From: Octopus vulgaris
Lineage: Eukaryota
DNA: 64,000 nt
Direction of reading: 5' to 3'
Assembly (NCBI GenBank): GCA_951406725.2
Contig: OX597826.1
Location: 52,948,001-53,012,000 of the forward strand
Part shown: positions 41,392-55,460 of the stretch, piece after piece
Layout of the letters: each line of letters opens with the position of its first letter
Position numbering within the stretch: the stretch's first letter is position 1
The notes under the pieces: generated by a model
Databases searched by the model: none
What the model saw: the letters and a program-made list of their open reading frames with translations, nothing else
Told to the model about the DNA's origin: nothing
Position numbers and translations under genes: made by a program

Positions 41392-44300
41392 CAGAGGATA
41401 GCTCCGAGCTAAATAACAACATAGACGTACACCGAGAAGCTTTCTCCACAGAACAAACTTAATCCAACAACATCGGTGCAATGGATGAAAAACTTCGCCA
41501 TACAACTTTGGGAAAAGTTCTGCTAAAGCAAAGGAACTAAAAAATCGGAAAAAAAATTTATTATATGCTGTGTAGTTTCTTTCTTAATTGTACAGTATCT
41601 CAATGTGACATACGCAAGTCGTCGGAACCAGCACCAATAACCCTGGAAAAACACACCAATTGCACAGTAACTACATAAAGTGGGCAATTAACTATACATG
41701 CAACAATGCATGCATCCATGTGCACATGCTAATACTTACAAGCAAAATAAATAATGTCTACACTACAAATACGCACACACAGAGAAAACAAAAGAAAAAC
41801 GTGTCACGACCAACATCGAAACAAACAAAAAGAAAGCGACTTCCCCCAAACGAATATAAAAAGGAGCAAATTTATCAGTTTAAAACATCACTAAACAGTT
41901 ATGCCCGGAAACAGCTAAAATAAAAGATAGAGGCGATTTTCGACCCATCAGCCTACGATATGGCAAATATATCCATTCGAAGAACAAGGAAGTGGTGCCA
42001 TGTCAAAAAGTCAACCCTGAAGAACAAACAGACCCGTCTCCTATTGTCACCATCAATGCTTTAATGACATGCCCGGGACAAGGACCACGTAACCCAGTGG
42101 GGAACCAGACTGGGGTCGAAAACTTTCAAAAATTAGACCTATCTCAAGAACACTTGAATAGATATGACACGGAATTTTAGGTGAATAGTAAAAAGGTCAT
42201 AGAAACTTTGTTTCTATGACCTCAAACAACATTAAAATAACAAGATAATCATGATATATAATGTCGCTCTTAAACAGCTCTTAAGAACTAAGGGAAATCA
42301 TCTGACAACATTAAATAACCTCATCTATTCCTTTGCTAAAGTCGTAACTGTTCAACTAGGTATCAGGACAACACGGAAAAGGACCAACCGTGTCAATAAA
42401 CCTCCTAAGTGGAAAGTAGCAATACAAAAAGTGATCGACTTTTTGCGGGCGGATGTATCACTTCTTGATGAATTTGCTAGAGGAGTAAATGTTAAGACAA
42501 AACAAGCTAGAAAAATCAAGCCCAAGGTATGAAAGCCTATAACAAAAGAATCAAATTTTATCGACAAAACGAGCTATTCAAGACAGATGCAAAACATTCT
42601 ATAGGGAAATTGGCAAAAGTAAGAGAGAAGTAAAGGAGCCGCCTAAGACTGAGGAAATGCAAGAGTTCTGGAAGAAAATATGGAGCAAGAAAAAAGCTGA
42701 AACTTACTGGGTAGAACGTTAGAAAGTGAGAGTGAATGAAAGTGAAGAGCAGAAATGGGAGGCAATATGAGAAGAGGTAAGATGTGTTCTTAGAAAGTCT
42801 CAGAATTGGAAAACCCCAGGAGTAGAACGGATCCCTAATTTCTGGCTGAATTGTTTGAGAGAAGCACACCAAAATTTTGCTGAATGTCATCCAGAACCCA
42901 GAGCAAATATCTACCTGGCTGACTGAGGGAACAACATGCCTTCTTCCAAAAACTAAAGACATGAAAAATCGAAAGAAATACGACTTATAGCATGTTTCAA
43001 CATCACCTATAAGATCCTCACATCCATACTAACTGAAAGAATATACACATTCCTTGAACAAAACTCTATCCTTCCACTAGCTCAAAAAGGTTGTAAAAGG
43101 AATTCTTATGGATGCAAAGATCAAATACTCATAAATAAAATGACTTTAGAGAATTGCCGGAGCAACAAGAAGAACCTGAGTATGGGATGGATAGACTACA
43201 AGAAAGCGTTTGATAGTGTCCCTCATAATTGGCTACCGAAGGCCCTTCAGATATATAAGATCTCTTTTGTCATCTCCAAATTCTTACAAGGTAGCATGGT
43301 TAAATGGGATGAGCCAATCTAACAGCAACGTCAAACGAGGCATCTTTCAAGGCGACTTCCTCTTCCCATTACTCTTTTTCATGGCACTGTTCCCATTCAC
43401 AAACGAACTGAGTAACACCAGGTATGAGTTCAAAGTGTATAATATTATAGAAAAATCATCTGTTTTATATAAACGATCTGAAGTTGTATGCTAGAAATGA
43501 CAAAGAGCTAGTAAGACTGTTAAAGAGTTCAGCAATGACATCGGGATGGATTTTGGCCTTGGTAAGCGTGCTAAAGCAATTTTTGTAAGAGGCAAGCTCA
43601 AACAAGCAACTTCCATTAGATTAAATATCGACACTATAATGAAGGAACTTGACCCGCAAGAAAGCTATAAATACCTGGAAATTAACGAAGGAGATAGTAG
43701 ACAACATGCTGCTATGAAGGAAAAAATAAGAAAGGAGTATTATAGGAGAATAAGACTAAAAAATGAGCTCAACTCCAAAAATCGCATCGAAGCCATCAAC
43801 ACCCTAGCACTTCCAGTAGTGCAATACAGTTTTTACATCATTAACTGGAATCTTATAGGGCTTCAACGCCTGGAAAAGAAGACAAGAAAACTACTAACAT
43901 CTAAGAACATGCACCAAAAACAGACGTTGATCGTGTAATGGGGGATTAGGAATGATGCAGGACTGGAAGCTGCGGACTCTGTTCAAACACGAAAGTAGCA
44001 AAAATTCACATCTTATTGACAAGGTACCTTGCAAATTCGCAAGGAAATTTGGCATTTCCCCTGAATTAGATGAAGAATCTGAAACCACTGCCACCAAACA
44101 AGCAAAACAGATTAAACAGACTGCGAAAAGAACGGGCAGAAACAAATTGAGGAGCAGTGGAGCCAGAAGCCTCTGCATGGACAGTATATACTTCGAAGCT
44201 GAAATACTGATGTAGACCAAGCAACAACTCAACAGTGGTTGAGAAGCTCACGATTCAAGGCAGAGACTGAAGGTTTCATATGAGTATCACAAGATCAAAG

Positions 44301-45008
44301 CTTGCTTACCAAAACTACCACGGTTCTGACCCTAAATGAAGGTTCTGAGATACATTTGACGAAACAATAGACCACCTTGTCTCGAGATGTCCGGTGCTGA
44401 CACCAAACGAATACAAAAATTGCCATGATACGCTAGGACAGTGTTTACAATGCAAAATATGTAAACACTTCAACATCAGCGCTACTGCTTACTGGGATGA
44501 ACATCAATCTGACTCAGTTGGTCAATATAAAAACGTCTCTATCTGTAGGTTTTTCCAGTCAACACCGACTGAATGATCCAGGCTAATAGACCAGACATAG
44601 TCATTAAATGTAGGAAGAAAATAATTGTAGACTAATAGATGTAAATGTTTCCGCTGATAAAACTATATTTGTAAAGGAATTTGTAAAGTAAATATGAGAC
44701 GGAAGTTGAAATACAAAAGATGTGACATCTTAAAGTAAGAACTGTTCCTGTTATTGTGGGTGCCCTAGGTATGGCAAGAAAGGGATGTCAAAAACATCTA
44801 GATAATATTTGTAGCGAGCCATGTCTCAGAGAAATGCAAAAGATTGTGATGCCAAGTACAATGTCTGTTTTGTATTACATAAAGTTATTTCGCTACTGCC
44901 CCTGCCACTTCCCCTCCCCAAGCTTTCAGTCATACTGTAACATCTCTCACCCTAGGACGCTGGGTGTGTCTCGGCAACTGATTGTAACAAACATGCAAAT
45001 TAAAAGTA

Positions 45009-45010
<2 letters not shown>
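41392..45010 (+). mobile_element. Long (~3.6 kb) degenerate R4/Dong-like LINE ending in (TAA)n
   Basis: NWKTPG, GCKDQILINK, WIDYKKAFDSVPHNW, GIFQGDFLFPLLF, YKYLEI, ETIDHLVSRC, RPDIVI, VPVIVGALG. Confidence 0.9.
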
Positions 45011-45100
<90 letters not shown>

Positions 45101-45104
45101 TAAT

Positions 45105-45143
<39 letters not shown>

Positions 45144-45162
45144 AATAATAATTTTTTTTTTT

Positions 45163-45488
45163 GACCCCCATTCGGTCATGAATGACCATGGGATTGCACC
45201 TAGAAAGTTACCCTCCTAGACACAAGTCCGGGCAAGGTTGTTTATGGAAGACCAGCAGTCGCCCATGCATACCAGCCTCCCCTCTCCACGCCACCAGTGT
45301 TATCCAAGGGAAAGACAAAGGTCGATACAGCTTGGCACCAGTGACGTCGCAACTCATTTCTACAGCTGAGTGAACTGGAGCAACGTGAAATAAAGTGCCT
45401 TGCTCAAGAACACAACACGCAGCCCGGTCCGGGATTCGAGCTCACAACCTCACGATCGTAAGCTCGACGCTCTAACCACTGAGCCATG
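45163..45488 (-). mobile_element. tRNA-derived SINE in (TAA)n
   Basis: Head tggctcagtggttagagcgtcg..gctcgaatccc (A/B boxes), then gtgttcttgagcaaggcacttt. Confidence 0.85.
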
Positions 45489-45552
<64 letters not shown>

Positions 45553-46129
45553 GAGAAACATTTATAATATTATAGTATTATTATGTCATTTTTTTATTTA
45601 ATGTAACTCACTAATTGTCTTTGAAAATACTTGAGAAGGCAGTTTATAAATTACTGACTGAGAAGCGAGATGCAATAAGTAGCTGGGTCACATGATGCTA
45701 TTTTGAGGATGAGGTGAATTACCGTCGTTCTAACAGGAAAGTAGTATCTAAACATTTCGCGCACATATTTCAAGAGGATAGCGAAAATGAGACATATCTT
45801 GTAATATCGGATATCAAATGACATTTTAAATGTCAAGTCCAGGAAATTTTACAATTTCCGAAGATGTTTAAAGAAACTTTTAATCAAATATACTTATGGC
45901 TTATGGAATACATCTTTCTCAGTTCGTACCGTTGCTGCGTTATTTCTTACCAGCTATTCGTATTAGAATTAAAGGCGGGTAGCTGAAAGAATCGTTAGCA
46001 CGTCGTCTTGCCTTCCATTGGAACAATAACATAAGTACTAGTTTAGTACTGAGGTCGATATTATCGAATAACCATCTTACCTTAAAATTCTGGTCTTGTG
46101 CCTATTGTAAGAATTATTATAATTATTTT

Positions 46130-47700
46130 CACATGCACACAGAAAAAAAATAATCCTAACATCGGGCTACACAAATAACCTTAGATGCCAAGAACCCTCC
46201 TAAGTATCTTAGCTGTCCCTAATAACACTATTTTCTGGAGTTCTGATAAATTTATTTACTATATGAGTAACGCTTTCCTCTTTTCATTTGTATAATCTAC
46301 ATTGGGAATCTTCTTGACTTTTGTCTATTTTGGATTTTATCCAATTGGTACTTAAAGCTTGATCTTATGCAGCCACTAACAAACTTTCTCCCACTTCAGC
46401 TTTCCCTTCTGCAGCCATAACCATGTCTCGCTACTACTATTTGTTGAAACTATCTTTGGGAATCTACCATACAACGCCTTCTGCTAGTCAGATAATTTCT
46501 GTTATTTTTTTCTGGTTTTTAAGTTCGTTTGGTGTTTTGGTTTCTCAATGTCTTGCTATCAGTTTTTAATAAACTTTCTTCACTATATTGAATTCCTTCC
46601 TAGCTCTTCTGCCTAGCTTTACTAATTCAGATTTTTGTCCAATCTACAAAAGCTACTGAATATCTAAGTATTAACAGTGCACAAGTATTTACAGCCTTCA
46701 CCAGATTCGGACCATTTAGCTATGGCTTCATTAGCTTCCTCGCCCTTCTGATATAATCCTTCTCAATTGTTGCTTTAATTTCTGTAGTTGGTAGTCTCTC
46801 AGATTCTAATACTTCTAGATACTTATAACTCTCTCTTCCTTTCAATAATTTCAATGTATGGCCGTCTGATAATTGGATACCTCGCTACTGACTACCTGTC
46901 CCCTTTTCATGATTAATATTGCAGTTATCTGTACTTGTATCTGAAGAGTCTTACAGTCTGTGTTAAGGAATCTATCTCTTTTTCATTGTTACTAAAACGT
47001 TTCAGGTCATCCATGTAGGGCAAATGATTAATTTTTTCCATTACTCTTTCTGAACTGATACCCTCCCTTTGCCTTCCTTAATACAAAAAAAACCTGGGAG
47101 GGGTATCAGCATAAAACAAATATTAAAGGGGACAACGAGTTCCCCTGAAAAATTCCTCTTTTTATATTGACTTTCTCTAAACTTCATATAGAACTGCTTT
47201 GTCTATATATAATAGATCATGCGTTCTTCTAGACGTTGTTCTGGTTGTCAAGGTGCTCGTAAATGCTTTCTGAAAGCATTCCTGTTAACAGCTTCCACAC
47301 TAATAGTAAGCAAGAGATTGCTCTATAGTTGCTAGCTGTATTACCCTTGCTCTTATCCGTCTTAATGAGTATTATCCTCCCACTAGTCATCCAATCTGGT
47401 ATTATTCCTCCATCAAGGCAATCCTGAAGTTGTTCCTTCAACATCCCATGTAAACTACTGAATTTCTTTTGCCAGTACCCTTGAACTAAATCTGGTCCTG
47501 GGCCCTTCCAATTCGGCATTTTTCTTATCATTTTACTCATTAATGCACTAGTTAATCTTAGATCTGGCTGCTTCTCACTCACTACTTCTTCCCTCACTGT
47601 CTTTAACCATACTACATCTCCATTATGACTGACTGGTTTATCCCAAATATTACTCCAGAACTTTTTAGCTTCTTCTGCATTAAGTTTCTCATCTTGAGTA
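46130..47700 (-). mobile_element. Degenerate R4/Dong-like LINE
   Basis: NWKGPGPDLVQGYW, SNYRAISCL, GIFQGNSLSPL, HLPYMDDLK, YKYLEVL. Confidence 0.85.
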
Positions 47701-47970
47701 CTTCGTTCAGGTTCGGTCGGATTCCTGGTAGGATTTATGTGGATAGCGGGTTACTACCTCTAACTTAGGTATCCACAAGTTTTCAGCAGCCTTTCATGTG
47801 CTTAGAACCTTGTTGATAATCTTTGCTCTCCCTAAGAGAGAAACCTTCTGTAGGAGCTCTACCGAGCATTCTATTTCAATCTCATTCAGTCATTTGTCTA
47901 TATCTTTGCCAAGGCTCGACCTTTACTGTACGTATGCTCCAAATTCTTCCTATTTCAAAATTTAAGGGAT

Positions 47971-48040
<70 letters not shown>

Positions 48041-48329
48041 CATATATTTCTTTATCTTCTTGTTTCAACACGATCCTGAAATTAAACGGGTATGATGGGT
48101 CGACAAATAAGCGACTTCGCTTTTCCCTATCTATAATTGTTGTCTGGTGTATTATTTTCTAACACCTTGTCCGTTTGAATAGGAAATTATTGTTGTTGTT
48201 GTTGTTCTTCTTCTTCTTCTTCTTCTTTTTCTTCTTCTTCTTCTTATTCTTCTTATTCTTCTTATTCTTATTCTTCTTCTTATTCTTCTTCTTCTGCTTC
48301 TTCTTCTTCTTATCATTTTCCGATTGATT

Positions 48330-49560
48330 TGCATTTTATTCCTTCTACCGACCGAGTCTCAATCAGAACCTATATTAGATGGAGAGAAACTTCCTGAGAA
48401 TGTGGGCGGTTGATGTCAACATATATCTTTAGTCTCATAGATTGTTAGTTTTCCAGGGATCTGGTCGTCAGTACCTTTCATGATAATTCCCAGTGCACCT
48501 ATAACAACAGGGATGGTTTTGGTTTCTTATTGTCACGTCCTAGATATCTCAATCTCAAGATCCTTATATTTTGACAATTTTTCAAATTCTTATGCTGAGA
48601 TGTTTCTATCAGTCGGTACTGCCATATCAATTAACAGATATGTTTCTTTTTGGGGGTCTTGGATGACGATGTCTGGTCTGTTACCATTTATTTGCTTGTT
48701 TATGTATATTTCATAATCTCATAAGACTGTAACATTCTCTCCGCCAGTGAATGGATCTAGATGTTGTTCAGACAAGTTCCTAGGGTGTGGGAGACCATAG
48801 TGACAGCGTATATTCTCCAGTGCAAGTATTGGCCAACTCTATCATGCCTAGTTTTATATTCTATAGGGGCAAGAAGTGAGCAATCAGCAACAATGTGTCC
48901 AATACTCTCAAGTTTGTCATTGCAGAGTCTACACTTAGTGTTTATCTTAGCGTGTGGCAATAGCTTGATAGTTCCTGGTGAGAAGACTCTGATTTTGTGC
49001 CACTAGGATAGATTCTTCTGTTTCGGCGTTCAAACAAACACTCTGCAGCTACTGATAGTTTCTTCTTATATCTGTATCAGCTTCCCCAACTCGTTTGGAA
49101 TATTGACGATGCAATGGATTTTCTTACCAGTCTTGATTTTTCCTTCAAGCTTTCGTGTTTGGCTTTTGCTTTTCTTATTTTCTTGCTTTATTGGGTAGTA
49201 CATCTTCCTTATCATCATAATCAGAGAGGTAAAGCTCTCGTCTATACTTATATGCCTCCTTTGAGATTGGGTGTAGTCTCTTACTCTGAACGTATTGCCT
49301 TACCACCTGTATCATCCAGTCGGTGTTACTTTGGATGTACACTTGAAGTCCTATCGTGGTCGGTTTATAGGACGTTTCAAGCTGGATTAGACATCTACTG
49401 CCTTCATTTCGTGAAAGATAGAGCCTGTGGACGTCTGATTTTGGGTGGTGCATCCTGCTTAGTGTCAATAGTTTCCTGGGTTTAAGTCCATACTTTGGAG
49501 TTCACGCAGATTCCAATTGATGTCTTTAAGGCTATATAGGATAACTGTGAAATTAGTTTC
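48330..49560 (-). mobile_element. R4/Dong-like LINE 3' part
   Basis: MHHPKSDVHRLYLSR, CRLCNDKLESIGHIVADC..RHDRVG, RPDIVI, IPVVIGALG. Confidence 0.85.
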
Positions 49561-49589
49561 TCTCTTTTATCATTTTCTTCTCTTTTTCT

Positions 49590-49682
<93 letters not shown>

Positions 49683-51555
49683 CATCATCATCATCATCAT
49701 CATCAACATCATCATCATCTACTCTGACTACATGAAAGTAAGTGTCTTCATTTACCTTACTCATAAAGCCAGTTAATTTCTATACAGTTTCTTGTAGTAC
49801 CATTTCTTTTATATTCCCTATATAATCATGGATATTTTTTATGTATTTCTCTGAATCTCTTCTACCATTCGCAAGACACCTATAATTAACGCTGATTGTT
49901 TCTAGTTTCGAGACTCACATTCTGGTCATCTCCAGTACTGGAATATTTTACCGTTTCTTTCATAGAATTAACACACCAATTAAAAGCATCGTTGTTTTTT
50001 TTTCTTTTCTTTCTTTCTTTTCTTTTGTTGTTGTACAGCTCTTCCAACCTTCGGATTCATTATAGAATATCATTCATATTTTCCTAGAATTCTAAGACTC
50101 TGCGACACTTGTTATTGTGACAGTTACAATATTGATTCACTGAGAAGAAGTAAATTGTTTTGGAAACTGTGTCAATGATATTGCCATAGCAATGATCTTT
50201 TAAAATTTCACATTGATTTTCCCAAATGTGTCTCTAAGACTTTTCTATAACTCTTAATATGAGATTAATATCTGATTTTCAAGACATATTAAAGTATCTT
50301 CCCATACTTTTTTCTACCCTTAATGCTAGTTTCTGTGGAGACGATTTCTGCTGTGTCCTATATTTGTTTTAATGAGGTGATATCAATTCTTTTTAGTTGG
50401 AATATTATTAAGATTATGAGTGTATGTTGTATGTCTATTGCACAAAAGAATATTTTTGCTGTGTTGACTAATGTCGCAGTTTGTCTAATTTTATAGAAAA
50501 TCTAAAGAACGAAATATAGTATCCATATTTAAGACTGTGTAGCTTATTCCATTTTAGTTACTTTCTTTGTATTTTATCTCCATTAACGTTCTTTCAAAGC
50601 GGACTAATAATCGAAGGAATTCTAGTGATTAGCGTCCTGCTTCATTTGAAGGCATAATGTATCCAGGGATGTATCATCCAACGTGATGATAGGTCGTGGT
50701 TTGAAGTATGTCTGACTGTTATTTCTAGAAAATCGAACGACCAGGTAGAGAATTCTTCGTTAGTTCTTCTAATTCTAATTAGATGCAATGGGTTAATATA
50801 ACGCAGAGTTTTACGATGAGAGAAAACATTGTATATTTGACAAGTGTTCGTTTGAGTTACGATACTGAGTTCAAATCGTCTTTCATGCCTTGTGATTGTT
50901 TACGTTACTCTTTTCTTCAACACGTAGCAATATGGTTTCTATCAAATGACCACGTTTTCTCAGCAGAAATGCCTGTTAGGAATTCTTACAAAAATAAAAC
51001 TGAAGGGAATAACTGGGATCCAGATTGGGACTAAACAGCAGTAAACTGCATCAGAATATTCTGTTTCAAGTACTTTTAATAATGATCGAACCATTGATAA
51101 TTTTATCATATCACGATTATTCTAACAGAAAATATATTTAGAAAAATAGGAAAAATATTATCATTAATAGAGTTCTAAGTTGAGTGTTACTTAATGGATT
51201 AGGTGGTCTGCCCATACTTATTAGTGTATATAATATACTTAACTCCACCCATATAGATATACATTAAAAATCTTGCCGTATACTCAGAGTCTCGGAACCT
51301 CGAGCACGTTATTTTATTTTATCTATTTGGGTTTTTTTGTTTTTTGGGGTTTTTTGTGGGTTCATTAGTGTTTCATAAGGTGTGAATTTTATACATTGGT
51401 CTGGATACCAACGCTTCGCAATAGCCTTACTAATGACGGGACTGCAATAGCGAAGATGTCCATTTGAAATCATCACAAATCATCTCGTCCGAAGGTCTAA
51501 CAATTCCGCCAATCCACTTCCTGAATCATTGCCTTATTCATTGACGTTGATGTAA

Positions 51556-51937
51556 TGGAAGCACTCCGTCGGTTACGACGATGAGGGTTCCGGTTGATCC
51601 GATCAACGGAACAGCCTGCTCGTGAAATTAACGTGTAAGTGGCTGAGCACTCCACAGACACGTGTACCCTTAACGTAGTTCTCGGGGATATTCAGCGTGA
51701 CACAGAGAGTGACAAGGCCGGCCCCTTGAAATACAGGTACAACAGAGACAGGAAGTAAGAGTGAGAGAAAGTTGTGGTGAAAGAGTACAGCAGGGATCAC
51801 CACCATCCCCTGCCGGAGCCTCGTGGAGCTTTAGGTGTTTTCGCTCAATAAACACTCACAACGCCCGGTCTGGGAATCGAAACCGCGATCCTACGACCGC
51901 GAGTCCGCTGCCCTAACCACTGGGCCATTGCGCCTCC
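51556..51937 (-). mobile_element. Full-length tRNA-derived SINE with 15-bp TSD
   Basis: Head ggaggcgcaatggcccagtggttagggcagcggactcgc..gtttcgattccc. TSD ttga(c/t)gttgatgtaa at 51541-51555 and 51938-51952. Confidence 0.92.
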
Positions 51938-52069
51938 TTGATGTTGATGTAAAGGTGATGTCAACAGCATTTGAACCTCAAAGGCCGAAACAAATATCTC
52001 AATGCAATGTATTCTGGTTGATACTGTAATGACTCTTCCCGTCCATTTCCTTAATTATCTATTTTTTTT

Positions 52070-52297
52070 TTACTTGTTTCAGTGATTAGACTGCAGTCAT
52101 TTATGGGCGCCGCCTTGAGGGGGTTTTTAGTCGATTGAATCGACCCCAATCATTTTTAAAGCCCGGTACTTATTCTATTGGATCTCTTTTGCCGAACCGT
52201 TAAGTTATGGAGACATAAACAAACCAACATTGGTTATCAAGCGGTGGTCGGAGACAAATGCATACAAAATGACACACATACATACATAGATATATAC

Positions 52298-52354
<57 letters not shown>

Positions 52355-52715
52355 GACGGGGAGGATGACTCCCCTTCACAAATACTGACAAGACACAGAT
52401 AGTGTGTCTATAGCCAGCTGGAGGAGATATCTTCCTGGGGCTACAAACTACAGTAGCATCCACCCTTATGGGTTAGCCATATTCAAATGGAAAATATGCA
52501 ACACGATGTGTTACCGCTACTGTTTATAACTCGCTCTGAGATTTATCATTATATAGATATATATATATGACAGACCCCTTTCAGTTTTCTTTTACCAAAC
52601 CCACTCACAAGGCTATAGTAGAAACCACTTCTCCAATGTGCCATGCATTAGGACTGAACCCGGACGCATTTGGTTTGGGAAGCAAGCTCCTTACCACACA
52701 ACCACGCCTGCGCCT
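52070..52715 (-). mobile_element. SINE of the 39800 family, interrupted in its internal (TA)n
   Basis: Head ggcgcaggcgtggttgtgtggtaag at ~52715, tail at 52070-52260. Confidence 0.8.
52352..52550 (+). mobile_element. Diverged partial copy of the 357-bp unit family
   Basis: Colinear similarity to 56195-56340 and 55960-56035 (gacacagata..gtgtct..agccagct..ggggcta..ctacagta..ggttagccat..tactgttt..ctgagattta). Confidence 0.75.
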
Positions 52716-53014
52716 TGAAATTAAGTATATTAATCAATAAATAGATGTGTTTTGGTACCAACAAATAAGCAATACTCAGCATTGTTATTATCACATTCTG
52801 GAATGTTCTTTAAAACCTATTTTTGTAAAGAGAATCAAATAATCATATCACTCAAACTAACGCTTTGTTTCGCAGAGATGTCCTTTTAAAAGCGTTTTTT
52901 GACAATTTCACAAAAACGGGAAAAAGCATTGAATTCGACATCGAGAAATATTTGTATTTTCCGTGGGGGCAGATAACTTTAAACAACGGAATCTGCGATA
53001 TACTGGCATTAGTT

Positions 53015-53311
53015 TGTTCCTTCTCTAGCCACGCCTGGCTCATAAGGGTGGGTTTCCCGGGTTCTTTGGCGTATAGGTTCCCTACCTGGACGAGACGCCG
53101 GTCCGTCGCAGGTGAGCTGCAAGATGCAGGAGGAAAGAGTGAGAGAAAGTTGTGGCGAAAGAGTCAGCAGAAGTTCGCCATTACCTTCTGCCAGAGCTGC
53201 GTGGAGCTTAGGTGTTTCGCTCATTAACACACACTTCGCTCGGTCTCAGATTCGAACCCGCGATCCTATGACCGCGAGTCCGCTGCTCTAACCACTAGGC
53301 CATGTGCCTCC
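53015..53311 (-). mobile_element. Full-length tRNA-derived SINE with perfect 15-bp TSD
   Basis: TSD atactggcattagtt at 53000-53014 and 53312-53326. Head ggaggcacatggcctagtggttagagc..gggttcgaatc. Confidence 0.92.
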
Positions 53312-54704
53312 ATACTGGCATTAGTTATGAAAGATAATTCACAACGATTGCGTCTTCAGCAATGATACGATGCCTTTGGAAATAAAAATATCGAAAACTC
53401 TTGTTCCTTCAAGCAACTGAATATAAATTGCTTGTTTTCTCAAAAGAAAACTAATATTTCTGCTGGAATGAACGATGGTGTGTCGGGTTAAATGTCTTTC
53501 AACATTCAGTTTAATTTCCATATTTTAAGTTGAAAATTTTCCAGCCTTAATTTCGCTGTTCTGCTCTCCATTCATGCTAAAGTTATTACAACTTATACAC
53601 TGAGAGATGTCACATCATCGTTGAAATTGGTTTCCATGCATATATTACATAAAAATTATATTTATCGCCGAAATATAGGAGACTTTCCACCAAAGCAAAT
53701 TAGACGATGTCTCTGGTTCCTACTGAAGATGTTTAATTTCTATCAAAGTATTCGCAGAAAATCTGGGAAGGTCAAACAGTCCATAATTTTCATATATTCT
53801 TCCTAGTTAAATGATACCACTTATTTCTACCATTGCCCATAGGGTTTCCCCATTTTCTAAATAATAGCTGCTGTTTTTGCTTCGAATGTTCTTGAATAAG
53901 ATCAAGATGAGAATGAGGCAAAAATAGCCGTTATTATTGAGTTACGTCCCTCCTTGTTTCGATCTCATTAACAGCGTCTGATTCGATACGTTTTGTGTGA
54001 CGGTGAATGAGCTTCGTGCGTCATTAGCATTGAATATTCCCAACCAGCTCTGCAGGCGCATATCAGGAAAGCAAAATAATAATGATCACGTAATTGCCAT
54101 AGATCCATCATCAGAGTTATTAATACATACTTATGAGTGTGTGTGTGTGTGTGTGTGCTTGTGTGCGTGGAGGGGCGCATGCATGAAGGTTTGTGTATAC
54201 ATATATGTATATATACTGTATCGTATTAGATCAAATTTACTTTTAAATGCACATTTGTTCTTCTGTATCAAATATATGTCTTTTAGTAACACAAACATTT
54301 GGACACATTCAACACGGAAAGGAAGAAGTGTTCCAGTAGTAAACATGGCTACATGTGGAAAACAGATGTAGGACTAGAGAGGATTTTCCTAGCAATCGTG
54401 TATTTACTGTATTACTATTGTATTCGACAGCGTTTATATATAAGTATTGTTCTGTCGACGCCCCCGGACTATGAAGTAGACTAGCCCAATACGTAGATAT
54501 ACAGGGAGAAGTCTAGACGTCGGGAGTTGAGTAGAGGTCATCCGAACGTGCGATATAACAAGTATATATACATACTTATGGATATGTCAGAGTATGACCA
54601 ATTGTATATGTACGTGTAAATATGTATTCGTATATACATATTTAAATATTAGTTTACTAATATATCAATATTTATGTCCTCTGTTTTATATATATATATA
54701 TATT

Positions 54705-54930
54705 TCTTTACTACCCACAAGGGGTTAACCACAGAGGGGACAAACAAGGACAGACAAACGGATTAAGTCGATTATATCGAACCCAGTGCGTAACTGGTAC
54801 TTAACTTATCGACCCAGAAATGATGAAAGGCAAAGTCACCTCGGCTGAATTTGAACTCAGAACGTAACGGCAGACGAAATACGGCTACGCATTTCACCCG
54901 GCGTGCTAACATTTCTGCCAGCTCACCGCC
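54705..54930 (-). mobile_element. SINE (ggcggtgagctggcagaa family)
   Basis: Reverse complement of 21243-21470. Confidence 0.85.
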
Positions 54931-54934
54931 TTTT

Positions 54935-55111
<177 letters not shown>

Positions 55112-55408
55112 GCATGTATGTTATGTATACACTCACACAAGCACACAAGCACGCACCTGTAACTTAATGCAATAAAGTGTTCCGTGGTGAGTCGTTCTGG
55201 TTCAGCATCCAAATGCATGATGAACATACAATGCAGGGTTACAAGCAACCATTATGATGGAACATAAGTAGGAACTAATAATATAAACATGTGCTTAACT
55301 TAATTTTTGCTATATCTACAGGTACATTTATGCAAATATCAATATATGTACATACACATATATAAATAGGTGCGTATGTGTACGCATATATACATACTTA
55401 TATATATC

Positions 55409-55459
<51 letters not shown>

Positions 55460-55460
<1 letters not shown>

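Noticed and set aside
51860-51937. tRNA-like sequences (also ~45420-45488 and ~53240-53311)
   Set aside because: SINE heads continuous with SINE bodies, two with TSDs. No proper acceptor stem.
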